Assembly (NCBI GenBank): GCA_024704765.1
Contig: JAKMXF010000314.1
Location: forward strand, 236,630-300,629
Direction: 5' to 3'
DNA length: 64,000 nt
Origin: Oopsacas minuta
Taxonomy: Eukaryota > Animalia > Porifera
Shown here: positions 12,628-25,260 of the stretch, piece by piece
Numbering within the stretch: the stretch's first letter is position 1
Layout of the letters: each line of letters opens with the position of its first letter
Translations under genes and position numbers: made by a program
Notes under the pieces: model-generated
Database searches by the model: none
Seen by the model: the letters and a program-made list of their open reading frames with translations, nothing else
What the model was told of the DNA's origin: nothing

Positions 12628-13941
12628 CCAGGGCGTTCAATAAGTCTTGCGGGTCATGATATAACTTAGGAATTAGCCAAGTAATATATCTAACTTTCAT
12701 ATATTATAAGCCCATATAGTTAAACTCCATATACTGACGGTTTCAAGCTTATTCAATACAAATTGTGAATTTTGAGATAGTTACGTGTAGTCAATTTATA
12801 CCCACTGTTGAATTTATGGTTTCAAAGGATGATAATTTCAACCTCAAATGGCGAGCTTACATAGAGTTTCGCACAATACTCAAGATCCAGCCCGTACAGA
12901 TCTTCAGGGAGTTACAGGAGATATTGTGCGTGGATTGCCATTCCAAATCTACTGTAGAGCGATGGGCTGCCAGTTTGAGATCTGCTGATGCTGATGTCAC
13001 AGATTTGCCTCGATCTGGAAGGCCGGTATCCGTCACCACTTCAGAGAATATCGCACTCATTGAAAGTATGGTCTTGGAAGACAAGTGCATTACTGTCAAT
13101 CAGTTAGAACAAAGTATAGAGATTTCATCGGGGAGCTATTCATACAATTCTGACGACTGAGCTTGGCTACCGATCGATTTGTGGGAAATAGGTCCCGCAT
13201 AAGCTCAGTGAGAATCAAAGGTTGGCACGACTGAATATTGTCAAGAAACTATTGGAAACTTATGAGAACTGCGATTCTAGACGCCTAACAGAGATTATTA
13301 CTGGTGACGAGACATGGGTGTACTATTCAACACCATATAGCAAGTATAAGAAGCGATCATGGGTGAGGGGCGACGAACAACCGTTGAAAATTCCTAGGCC
13401 CGACTTCAGAGAACCTAAGATTATGTATACCATCTTCTTCAGTAGTCATGGAATTGTCTTGCAATTACCTTGTGAGAGTGGCAAGGCTGTTACTGCTACT
13501 TTCTTTACAGAGCAAGTGCTTCCAAATTTGATAAAAAATATAGAAAAGTACCGCCCGAAAACCGAACTCGAGGAATGAAGATTTTAATTGATAACGCTAG
13601 TTCCCATACAGCTAAGCTTCCAATAGTTTCTTGTACATTGAAGGGTTAGAATTACTTCCCCATCCACCATACTCACCAGACCTAGCTCCATGTGATTTTT
13701 GGCTATTCCCAAGCTTAAAGTCTACCTGCAAGGCAAAGATTTTAACACATTATAAGCACTCGGAAGAGCCAGTACCAGTACTTCAAATCCATTTCCGAAG
13801 AAGAGTACAGAAATGTGTTTTCCAAGTGGGTGGAAAGGTTAAAACTTTGTGTATCTGCAGGAGGGGATTACTTTGAATAAATAATATAGTGAATTAGTGT
13901 TCATAGTGTTTGTATCATATTCTATGATATCATCCGCAAGA
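12628..13941 (+). mobile_element. Mariner (DD34D) copy A, defective, right TIR truncated
   Basis: TA|CCAGGGCGTTCAATAAGTCTTGC left TIR. Transposase fragments 12816-13880 contain LPRSGRP, *VPHKL (WVPH motif), TGDETW, DNA-SH and HPPYSPDLAPCDFWLFP. The right TIR stops after ...GCAAGA at 13941. Confidence 0.95.
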
Positions 13942-14004
13942 GATGATACCAAAGTTTGAAAGCAATATTCTTTTCCAGTGTCGATATCATACCCTTCTAA
14001 ACCT

Positions 14005-15884
14005 ATGGCTAGCTGTGCCAAAAACAGGCAATATTTGGATGACTATATCAAATAAGGATGTACTGTCATTAGTAAGAATGGTATCGAAATGCTACAATGT
14101 GTTATTTGTTATAGAACATTGAGCAATGATGCAATGCGCCCGTCACGTTTGGAGCGACATCTATCTACAGTTCACCCAGATCTGGTAAATAAGCCAAAGG
14201 TCTACTTCGCTGAGAAGTCGATATCATTGAAACGAGTGAAATTGGACAGAGAAGGAGATTTTAGTCAGGGTTTAAAGAAAGTTGTGGAGGCATCTTCCGA
14301 AATCTCTTGACTAATTGTAAGAGCAAAAAAACAGCACAATATAGGTGAAACACTTGTGAAGCATGCATTCTTAGTGCAGCAAAGCTAGTACTTGGAGACG
14401 ATAGCTACCAAAATTTCTCTGAAATTTCGCTATCAGATACTTTTGTTAAGCTTCGAATTGATGAAATAGCAGATAATATAAAAACCCAGGTGTTGGAGAA
14501 AGTTCGATTTTCGCAATTCAGTGTGACGAGATTACAGATGTGTCTCAGTGCTCTCAATTGCTTGTATATGCACGGTTCATTGGAAATGGAACCCTGGAGG
14601 AGGAGATGACATTATGTTGCCCAATGGAGACAACTACTAAACCAGATGATGTTCTTGCTGTGATGTCAAAATTGTTTGAGGAAAACAATCTCTCTTGGGA
14701 CAATTAGTTGGTGTTTGCGCAGATGGAGCTCCAGCAATGTTATGTGCTCGTTCTGGATTTGTTACAAAGATCAAACGGAAGAGTCTTTCAGTTGTTGGAA
14801 GTTATTATGCCATTCATCGTGAAGCACTTGCAGCACGGACCCTTCCAGTCGAGCTTATGAATTCACTTAATTCTATCATCAATATAGTTAACTTCATAAA
14901 AGGTGGGACCCTGAATACACGATTATTTGCGAGGCTCTGTCATGACATTGGAGTACGCCGGCTTTCAAAAGGGAATATGCTAGAAAGATTTTATGAAATA
15001 AAAGATGAAGTTAAGGTATTTTTAGAAGACCAGAAAAGCTTGACCTCCTTGCTATTTTACACTCCGAGGATTTTGAGTTATATATAGCATACCTCGTAGA
15101 TATCTTTGAGGCCTTAAACAAGCTCAACCGCCAATACAAGGCAAGAACAGCAATAGTATCTGCCATTACGATGCCATTTGAGCTAATATTGCTAAGTTGC
15201 ACTTATGGGAGCGTCGAATCTCGGATCGAAATACAGGACCATTTTCACACCATGATGAGGCTCTCAAGGATAAACTCCTCGATGATAATTTTCAACAATT
15301 AATTCAGACTCATCTTCAAGTGCTTAGAGATGAATTCTGTCGAAATTTTCCGAATATTGAAGAAGAGAATTCTGAATGGAAGCTCATCCGAAATCCTTTT
15401 TTCACTGATGTTGAAGATGTCCCTATGGACATTCAGGAAGAGTTTTTGGATATGAAGTGGGACTCTTCTGCCAAGGATGATTTCAACAGACTTTCTGAAG
15501 ATGAGTTCTGGCTCAAATATTTAGAAATATATCATAATGTTAGTCTACTAGCCTTGCGTGTGACCATTAGGTTTTCTTCAACATATCTCTTTAAAGCTGG
15601 ATTTTCCACACTAGTGTACATAAAGAATTGGTACCGCAACAGGATGGACGTAGAAAACGGCATGCGTTGTGCTCTCTCTGAGACACACCCAAGGATTAAA
15701 AGACTTGTTGAAAAAAAACAGTACATCCTTCACATTGATGGAGCTGTTTTTACTATATTAACAATCATAACTATAATAGAAATTGTTGTGTTTTTCCAAT
15801 TTGTTAGTCAGAAGAAGTGTAGGAGGCGTGATAATTCACAGATTGGCCAAGGGGGTATGGGGTCAAAATGTTCAAGAACCCCTG
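14005..15884 (+). mobile_element. hAT Buster-type (ZBED5/SCAND3-like) element with decayed transposase; left end missing
   Basis: QCVICYRTLSNDAMRPSRLERHL, VGVCADGAPAM, HREALAARTLP, and a dimerisation region PFSSTYL-like/RNRMDVEN.MRCALS. The right TIR ...AAGAACCCCTG ends at 15884. Confidence 0.9.
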
Positions 15885-16687
15885 GATGAGATTAAAGCTG
15901 GTACGAAAATGAGGGTATTTTGTCAGCGTAGCACTATTGTGAGTGTAGGGCCAAATGTCCGAAAGTATTGAAATTCGAAGCGCCAGAATAAGGTAGGGGC
16001 AATCGCTAGCTAAAAAGTTAAAAAAAACAGATGAAGAATACTTAACGAAAGAGTTAGTATTGAAATATACAGGATAAAAATAGATCTCTGGAGGAATGCC
16101 ATCGATTTCTCATAAAACTCTCAAAAAGGTATACATACTCAATATTATAAAGGCTATATCAAGGGGAAGAAAAGCCAAAGGATACGCACAAAGGAATTTC
16201 TTTAACGACGAGGTAGCGAGCTGGAAAATAGGGGGGGTGTTCAGCTTCAGAATTTCCGACAAAATGGTAGTATACATTGGTTGTAGCTCTGCACAAGAAT
16301 TCGAGGTAAATATGTGTTCAAGTTTGAAATCATAGAAATATATGTTAGAAAATTATGGTGTTTGATCAAAATGGAATAATTCTTAGATGAATGTATGATC
16401 ACTTTGAAATAATAGTATTGCAAAATAATCACAAGATTCTAATAGTGAATAAAGTGGGATAAACTCGATCCGTGCAACAGTAATTAAAATACTGAAATTT
16501 TAGCTAATTTGAATCATACACGTATGACACTAAGAAGTGCAAATAAAAAAATTGAAATTCATAAAATTTTAAAATACCATGAATCTTTCATCAGATGAGT
16601 TGCAATTTAGGAATTTTTATCATGTGATTAGCATTAAATAATATCCACCAAAAACATTAACTTATATTGGGTATTACATGAACTCAC

Positions 16688-17061
16688 TTAATATCTGTGA
16701 TCGAGCTTTGTAAACGTAAGGCATAAAGACACTTGTCCCATGCCATTAAAGCAGAATGAATATATAGGCAGCCAGAGTCACCACCCATCCACATTGTTGC
16801 TAATTTTGATGTAGGTCTTTCAATATTCAATGGTGAAGAAGGTCCTGGCCAACCAGGAACAAAGGAGATTGCAAGAAGAGGGCTTGGAGAGACTGGAAAA
16901 GTTTCCAATATTTCAGTAGAAGCAGAGTCTACTACACTAACTTTGGTGAGATTAGGCACACCCCAACAAACCCAAAATAATGCTGCAGTTGTAGATGAAC
17001 TGTAATGTGAAATATTTCCCATTACCTCCCCAACAGGGGTAGCACACCAAAGCCTTGCGCC
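16688..17061 (-). CDS. MAPK8IP3/SPAG9: JIP3/JIP4-like kinesin adaptor, exon encoding the start of the WD40-like region
   Basis: 374-nt exon, acceptor tatttag|GGC, donor AA|gtgagt. It reads GARLWCATPVG...LFWVCWGVPNLTKVSVVDSASTEILETFPVSPSPLLAISFVPG...TMWMGGDSGCLYIHSALMAWDKCLYALRLQSSITDI. Remembered JIP4 motifs: KLWCA, [37 protein letters not shown]. Confidence 0.92.
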
Positions 17062-18551
17062 CTAAATACATCAGTGAATAAAGAATGACAGAAGAGTTCA
17101 AGTTATAAAGTGAAGTTTGCATAATAGCGATTATTATCAACTTTGTCAAGTAAAGAGTGGAAATTTTGTAGATTAGAAATCTAATTGCTGCAAAATACAA
17201 TTTGATAACAAACTAACTTGAACATGCATTTGACTGTGATGATTTCATACATACATCTAGCTTCTAGTAGTTATTCAATTGTTAATAGTATTTTAAAAGG
17301 TGTAAAACATACTGGCAACAGACTTTTAGTTGCTGGAAATTTAAAAGATATATTATGACTATCATATACAGAAAACAGGTGAACTAGTCGCTCTGGACGC
17401 AATAGATCATCAAGGCTATTAGAAATACAACCTATTGTGTACATAAGTATAAAATCTATTGGCATTGACACAGGGACTGTGAAAATGTCTAGAGTTGGTG
17501 ACATTTGAAATAATGTGCAAAAAAAATAAATATAAATATTTTCAAATTGTAATTATCTAGGACAGAAAGAGATTTATTGATTTAAAACAATAGTTTATAT
17601 CCATCATTGTATGATAGCGGGAAATTACAATTACAACATATTATGAGATATGAATAAGTATAAGTATTGGATAATGAGCTAACTAGATATTAGATATTAT
17701 ACCTGAAATCTGATATGATTAAGCAATTTCTATCGATAGTTCACGATTGGTAAACTATAGAAATAAATTTTCTATGGATGGGTACTATTTCGGAAGAGTT
17801 ATAGTAGCCATTTATTTATTTACTCCAGCTGGGCACTTTGGATGAGATGCCAGTGACACATACCGCAATTTTGAATATCATTGTAAGTTAACTATTAAGC
17901 CAAGTACACACAGTGGGATAAAAGGGTAGAGAGAATTGCGATAAATATATAAGTTAGCCATAGCCATATGGATATATTGGATATATGTTAACAAACCTTA
18001 GAAAATTTTATAAAGTCATAAAAATTCAAGGCTCATATTTTTTAGTGTAACGTCTATTCAAATTTTGAAAACTTTCATTTTCACTGAATTGCTTTTAATT
18101 TTGTATTTTTCCATATCGGAGGACACGTGGTTCCCAACCTGGAGTACGAGAGAGGTTGTTTCAGGGGTACGCCTGCACAGTTTAAGAAAAAATGAAAACT
18201 TTTGGATATGATTACTAAATATTTGTAAGTCAACACTGTCAATTAAAACTTTCTAATTACAGGGCGATTATATCCATGAACTCTGAGTGGGCCACTGTAT
18301 ATCTTGAGGCTCTCGCAGGGTGTTACATTTGGACTCTAACATATTGATTTTGTAGACATTAGAGCCTCACGAACGGCACTTCTATTATTCATGTCAGTTA
18401 AATTGGCACTTGTCGTTAAGCAATAATATAGAGATTTCAGCACCCTAGAAATATTCAATACAATGAATTAGTCATTTTATCAGTGATTCTCGTAAATTTT
18501 GGCTGTGGAGATGACGCTGAGAAAATATGTATCAAGCAGTGAATTCAATCC

Positions 18552-18640
18552 AGTGGTTCTCAACCGGTGTGTCTCAGAACCTTGCCCAGTGTGCTCAGTT
18601 GGGGCGCTAGGAGCGGCACATGCACTCCTTGAAATGGGTT
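18552..18640 (+). mobile_element. hAT left-terminus fragment
   Basis: CAGTGGTTCTCAACC, a typical Buster/Charlie TIR start. No partner end was found. Confidence 0.45.
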
Positions 18641-20145
18641 GTGACCCTACTTGTAGTTCTTGTAGTACTTGTAGTAGGGGCACTAATTCCGTCAGGAACA
18701 CAATCATAATTGATTTATCCTTGCATCCACATTCTACATTATTAAATATTAGGACACAGTGATAAATACACTATAGTACTCAAGTCACGCTTTTAATGGC
18801 GAATATGAATAATAACTAGCTAAAAACATGCTATAGGGCCATTTCATTTGGAATCCACCAGTGGTCATAAACCAATCTCTCAGATTTACACGATTTCAAC
18901 CAAAGGAAACATTTTATAATTAAGAAGGAAACCTAATTTTATTGTCGAATACTCTCAAGTTTTTAAGATATAGCCCATTGAGATTTTGTATAGTTTTTGG
19001 AATCGGACACATATTTCTATAGGCACCTAGCTTTCAATTCTAATAGATGTGTATAAGAGACACTTTCGTTTGTTGTCGAATCTTTATAAAATTTTCTAAA
19101 TACTAAGCACAATTGTATAATTAATATTTCAAAATAAATCAATCTTACAAACTTTTGTGTGAGATTTTCATTCATCTATTTGGAAATCCAGCATATATTA
19201 TGTGAATTTCTAGGATACAAAGTGAACGTCCAAATTTGTTTTCATATAAACTCCAAAATTTTCTCATAACACTATATATATTTCTGTGCATAACAAATCC
19301 CTGTCTGAGTTTACATTTTCATATAAATAAGTGCAACTAAAAATGTTTTCCGAAATTATAATTATTGTGTTATTACAGGCACAATTTAAAACCTCTGCTT
19401 TTTTGTGATCATGTTCTCTTTAATGATATATATATTTGTTGTTCATTAATGTATAAACAAATTTTTTGAATAATCTAATCCAAATTTCTATTAACTCATG
19501 GAACCACTCACTCGTTGTTCTGTTGGGAAACTACTTTGTGACAGTTGTCATCAAGCAAGGTATACTAGAAAAAGGGTGGAAAAAATTTTGGTGAACTGAG
19601 AAGTGAATTATCTCCTACAGGTTAGATTGAATAATATCCTTTTATCTGATAATACTATTTGTCTTCACCATGAATAAACTTCATAAGTATTTAAATTGGC
19701 AGTTGAAATGTTGCGATCATTAGCAGAAAACATGAAAACGATTACTTATAAAGATCTTAGGGAAAATTGAGTGCTTGTCTGCGGAGAACTTCCCCTCTTC
19801 TTGATGTTCTTGCTCAGGAAGAAACAACCACATGGCCTACAATTATATGCAAGTTCGAAGAGCTATGGGAGACAATACAAGAGACAAGATTGATGATGAA
19901 CTATGCACAGTGATTTAGAAGAGGAGATGGATGCTTGAAAATATTGTGATTCATCATATAAACTGGTGAAATGGAATGACTGATAATATTGACTTCGAAC
20001 GACTGGAAATAGGCTTCAGTTAATGAAAGTTTATTCAGATTTGGATAGGCTATATACTGGGAATCAGTTTGCTAATGCATATTAATTCCCCAATTCCCAT
20101 GACCTACTAATGCATTTTCGAAATGATCACACTTACAAAAAAGTA

Positions 20146-20483
20146 TCGCAGACCCTCGATTATCCGAACCACGATTATCTGACACCTAGGTTATCCAAAC
20201 AGCTTGAATATCATCTAGTTTGTTAAAGTTATTCAAATTTTATGTCTGTAGGGAGCTTTAGACGAAAGTAAGATTAGGTTACGTGGTAATATGGTCATTT
20301 ACGCCCATATTGGCATATATATGCTATAAAATGTTAAAATTACAATTCATCATTCTCACATATCCCCGAGTAGCGAATCTTATATAGGTAAATACGCTAT
20401 TTCAGTCATCCGAACAATTTCACTTATCCGAACAGAAAACTTGGTGTGCGTAATGAGGAATTCGGATAACCGAGGGTATACTG
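20146..20483. mobile_element. Tigger/pogo-derived MITE
   Basis: TA|TCGCAGACCCTCGATTATCCGAAC ... TTCGGATAACCGAGGGTATACTG|TA inverted ends, with internal ATCCGAAC repeats. Confidence 0.65.
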
Positions 20484-22489
20484 TAATCGATAATATGCCC
20501 ATATAGGCAAATCTGACATCCATGGCATCTACAGTAACTCAGAAGAACAAACTTTCTATTAGATATTTCTGATATTTTCTGTACCATTATATGTATATAG
20601 CACATTTCATATGCATGCCCTCAGCAAAATTATTCATACCTCATATAAAATCCATTAAAATAGTACTAGACTAGGTCAATCATTTAGCATTAATGAATTC
20701 AATTTGTGCAGTTATTCAATTTTAATTTTAGATTCCTAGTCTACACATTAGAAAAGTCCATTCCAGGACACTTAACCTCTAATAGCTACTTCTTAGGCTA
20801 ATAATTATCAATCATTGCCACTATGTGCCACTTGTTCCCATAATATGCAATGGAAACCATTTGAATAAAGTGGTACATAGCGACATTTGATGATAAGTTT
20901 AAACACATGAATTTGCAATTGAGTTGTAAAGCATCTTTAATGGTTGATTGGGAGGCGTAGAGTACAATTCTCAAATAACATTTTTTTACGTTTACCTATA
21001 CTTTTGGTAGTGGATTGTATTGACTTTGGGATGATTGGTTCAATATTTAATGCCTACAAGGATCAAAGAATCACATTATTTCCCAAACTAGTTTAATATG
21101 CATAAGGCATTAGTCGATCGTGTTAAACAAGATCGCGATCCCGAACCCGATCTTAGCTGAAATTATGATGGGCGATCCCGATCTCGATCATTTTCCGATT
21201 GTTTGTATAATAGTCAAGACATATTTTGATAGTTACAAGATTGATTATGCCAAAAGAAACATAGGTGGAGAATCAACGCATTCTACGAATGAGTATTACA
21301 GATTGTTGAACACAAATATTGAACAATTACCTATGTATAAAAAAGCCAATGATAGTAGCATTCAAAGTATACAAAATTATCGAAAAAGGATCGTTATCTT
21401 ACATCTGATCCTTAATAAAACAATGATAGTCGATCGTCGTTAGATCGTCAAAAAAGTATTGCTATCTATGATCGTATGATCCTAATGACCTAAATATACA
21501 CATACCTTTACACAATCCTTAAATATTTAGCATATAATTGTTACCAATATGATATCTTACAAATATGCAAGACATTTGGGTAAACTAGCACTGTTTCGGG
21601 AATATTGAAACTACTGAAGTAGTTGTTGAATATGCGACCACATTACTTTCCCAAAATCAGGAGTTCCTGTTAGGCATAGAATTTAGTGCTCGATTGCACA
21701 GCGATTAATAAACTAAGCTTCTACATAGAACTAATAACCTTAGTTTCGAAACCAAAGTATATAGTGGCAAATTGCATCCAAAATAAACATCTTAAGTGAT
21801 ATGTATGATGTATGTAATACAAGAAAAGTGATGTACAATTTCATCAAATGTAGATCTGTGTACACATATGCGTAAAAGTACCCATTCTGGTCGGTTCAGA
21901 ACCTCCAGGGTTGGGATTTGAGGTACCGGACCCCTTCAGATTTCTTGAAAATCGGAAAATTTACACATGTGTGCATACTTTTTGTCATCTTACATTGCTC
22001 ATGTAGATAATATCTATAATATATTTCCATTAATTAAAAGTTTTATGACGATAAAAATTCGCTTGATATTAGTACTCGATGTCAATGGTGAGTGCTATTC
22101 GAAATAGTTTGAATAATCCGAGTCTCTTTTGAGAGGAAATATATTGAAGAGAAACTGAGTCTTGGTACTTGATGATTCCATCCAAATGTTAAATTCCTCT
22201 CTTCTGATATTTACCTTGTAAATTAAAACCATGAACTAATCGGTATAATGTGTAGTTTAAACTATTATATTATCCAATAGATATATCTTTGTGAAATATC
22301 CTAGAAATTCTATTTCAGCATTAAGAATCCAAATGGAACTATTAAATTATAGGATAACAATTACATTCGCCGATGCAGTGTACATTGATAAGACCAGTTA
22401 TTCCCATTATTACTTGCAATAAGAAGTATGTAAGCACCATTAATACTCCATGAGCCAATTCTAATCATCCATAGCTTACTAATGATAGG

Positions 22490-23545
22490 GCCTGATCACT
22501 GAGTCAATTTCACTGGACCAGGGATGAGAGGCAGTGGATATATTATGATGGGAAATCCTATAATAGCAGGTAGTAAGAAACTGGTACATTTTCACCCGAA
22601 TAAATGTATTATTGGTATATAAGAATTCAGAAAAGCCACATTTGTGAAAATTTCCAGATCGAAGTGACGTCATTTGTTAGCATAATTGGTAACTTTATAT
22701 TTAAAACTACTCCGTCAATGAACCCATGTGTAACGGTAATTAGTAATCTATGTGCAAAATAGTGAAATACAAAATAATCCAAAAGCGTCTCTGTACAAAT
22801 CTTAGAATTTTTCCTTGATAAAGTTGGCATGCTCTTGAGTTATCGCACAGGCCAAGCATGTCACATGCCATGCCAATATCCACTTATACTTTGATAATCA
22901 TAGAAATTATAGTCAAATCAGGAACACAATTCTAACACTTCCCATTCCCTTGTGATACATATTAATATGATAACCTCAGGATTATTGCGCAATCTCAAAA
23001 ATGATCATATATGCGCAGATTCATAATTACGTTATATTGGTCAGAAATATCATATCTAAATGTATCACAAGGGTATGGGAAGTAGTGTGAATACTGCAAA
23101 ATGGTTATCCTGATTTGACCATAATTTCAAATATTATTGAGCTATCAGATGAAACTAACAAAACATATGACATCCATGGCCTGTACGAAAACTCAAAAAG
23201 GTGTGAAATTTATCTTGAAAAATTCTCATATTTGTATAGAAACTGTAATATGTCATTTTGTATCCAACATTTCGAAATGTCTAAATGTAAAATGATATAT
23301 AACCGATTAATTATTAACATTCCATGGGTTTTAAAGATGGAGCAGTGTTTGATATATTGTTGAAAATTACGCTAACAATGGCTTAGATCTGAAATTTCTC
23401 ACAAATGTGGCTTTTGTAAATTCTTACATAGCAATAATATATTGATTTGGGGGAAATATACTACACAATTTACACTTAAATGGAAACAACCTCCAGTGAG
23501 AAAATTCGCCCTTAAATTTGGGTTCATATTAGGATCAGGGATCAT
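22490..23545. mobile_element. ~1-kb foldback element (degenerate palindrome centred near 23000)
   Basis: AAAAGCCACATTTGTGAAAATTTCCAGATC (22631) pairs with GATCTGAAATTTCTCACAAATGTGGCTTTT (23386). CTTCCCATTCCCTTGTGATACAT pairs with ATGTATCACAAGGGTATGGGAAG. No ORF with recognisable homology. Confidence 0.7.
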
Positions 23546-24084
23546 GAAAGAGATAAATTGCACCTTCAATTACATCTATTAGGTTCAGAATATTAACATT
23601 CTATAACTAAACTTGTGAAATTGCATAAATTTTCCGATTTTGATATTCTGACCCACATTAAACATACTTGTAGAAAAATACATCCCTAAAGTATCCGAAA
23701 TGAATACATACTGAATTATGGCATTTTATCATCGGGGTGTAGTCTAGACAAAACAGCTTTATTTACATCTAAAGTGGGTTCATAAAGAATCCCATTGTGA
23801 TTTCAATATATTGAGCATTCATGATTCCTGAGGCGATTCTAAGAAATCAATCACTTTACCTTCTATACCCGAGAAGACCAACGATTTGCCCATAGTGCAG
23901 AAACTATCCAAACATCTGTTTGCAATAACAAATCTGCCGAAAACATTTTCAAATCAGTTCCCCAAGTTAGGTTCTTACGAATATTCAATTTGATAATATA
24001 GTCATTTACTTTTTGAAATCAATTTCCGATCTTGGAAATGAATTTTCAATAAATTTATTACAAGGTTATATCAACTTTCCAACC

Positions 24085-24660
24085 ACACTATCAGTAAGTA
24101 GCGCGCTTCGGATGCTGAGACGTTGGTCGCCACGCAACAGAACATACTCGGTACTACGTGCCTCTAATGTACAAAAAGGTTTAAATTTTATGACATTATT
24201 ATCCCTTGTCCATCGAAATTAAATTCAATGGCTTTCTGTGGTGACACTGAAGATGCTATGTATCTTTGGGTTAGTAATCTCGGGTGTTCATGACACGGAT
24301 ATTAAGAAATTCTGAAGCTACGATTTTTTTACAGTCATGATGAGATAATAATCCTCTGGTGAGTTAGCTTTTGCTCACAATCATGAAGTCAGGACATTGT
24401 CACATTTCGAGGTACCTGTAATTCAAATTTCCACTTCCTAGAATGTATATAGGCTGAGATGTTGTAATAATTTGATTTGACATTGAAGTCACAAGTTCGT
24501 CATAGGTGTGAATTTTCGTCCAAGACTCGAAATTATCCTAGTCAAGCCCAAAATACCCCTGTATGCCAAAAATCAGCCTTGGGGGGGGCTACCAGTTTCT
24601 TCAATTAATTCTGGACATGCATAGATGTATATATAAATTACGTTTTAATAGTATAGAAAT
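24085..24660 (+). repeat. Near-complete copy of the DINE-1/Lep1-like (Helitron/Helentron-derived) non-autonomous family
   Basis: Starts AGTAGCGCGCTTCG. The 3' block reads TGTATGCCAAAAATCAGCCTTGGGGG...CCAGTTTC, then an AT/AC-rich tract, then CGTTTTAATAGTATAG. Same layout as 52200-52870. The class assignment is inference. Confidence 0.55.
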
Positions 24661-24699
24661 ATTATACTGTAGAACAAATTAATTTGGAAAAAATACAAG

Positions 24700-25260
24700 A
24701 ACCTGATTAGGTCTCTATACTCAATTAGGATCTCCTGATTCCGAATATGAATACAGTTTTGCTTAATCACGCAACAATATTATAGAATTCGAACATGCAA
24801 AATGGAAAAATACCACAATTTGCAAAAATTATATATCGAAAGATCATCTAGTCATGTAAAACCATAGAAGAATATTAAACAACATAGTACTTAGAGCAAA
24901 TATATACCAGAACGAGCTAGTATAGGCAAAGAATTGGTCATTTTACTAACAAAATTTGATTCACAAATCCAAACATGAGAAAAAAATCACAAAAGAAGGT
25001 AAAATACCATATAAATAAGAGGTTAACCAATACAAAGCAATTTCTTGTGATAAATGAATTCAAAATAACCGCGAATTTAAACATCCTCACAAGTTTTACG
25101 TGACTAGTTGATATTCAAGTAGAATTGTTTGGTTAATATACGCCATTTTCTCAATTTATGAGTTGAATTCTATAAAATTGTTGCGTGATTGAGCAAAACT
25201 GCATTCATATTCGGTATCAAGAGATCCTAATAGAGACCTGATTAAGTTCTCATTGTTTTT
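24700..25260. repeat. Inverted repeat pair (foldback remnant)
   Basis: GGATCTCCTGATTCCGAATATGAATACAGTTTTGCTTAATCACGCAACAAT...ATAGAATTC (24728-24790) recurs inverted at ~25165-25230 with few mismatches. Confidence 0.7.

Noticed and set aside
17311-17433. Exon-like open stretch (GCISNSLDDLLRPERLVHLF...KSLLP|gtatgt) just upstream of the JIP exon
   Set aside because: No in-frame phase-0 acceptor, and no resemblance to JIP3/4.
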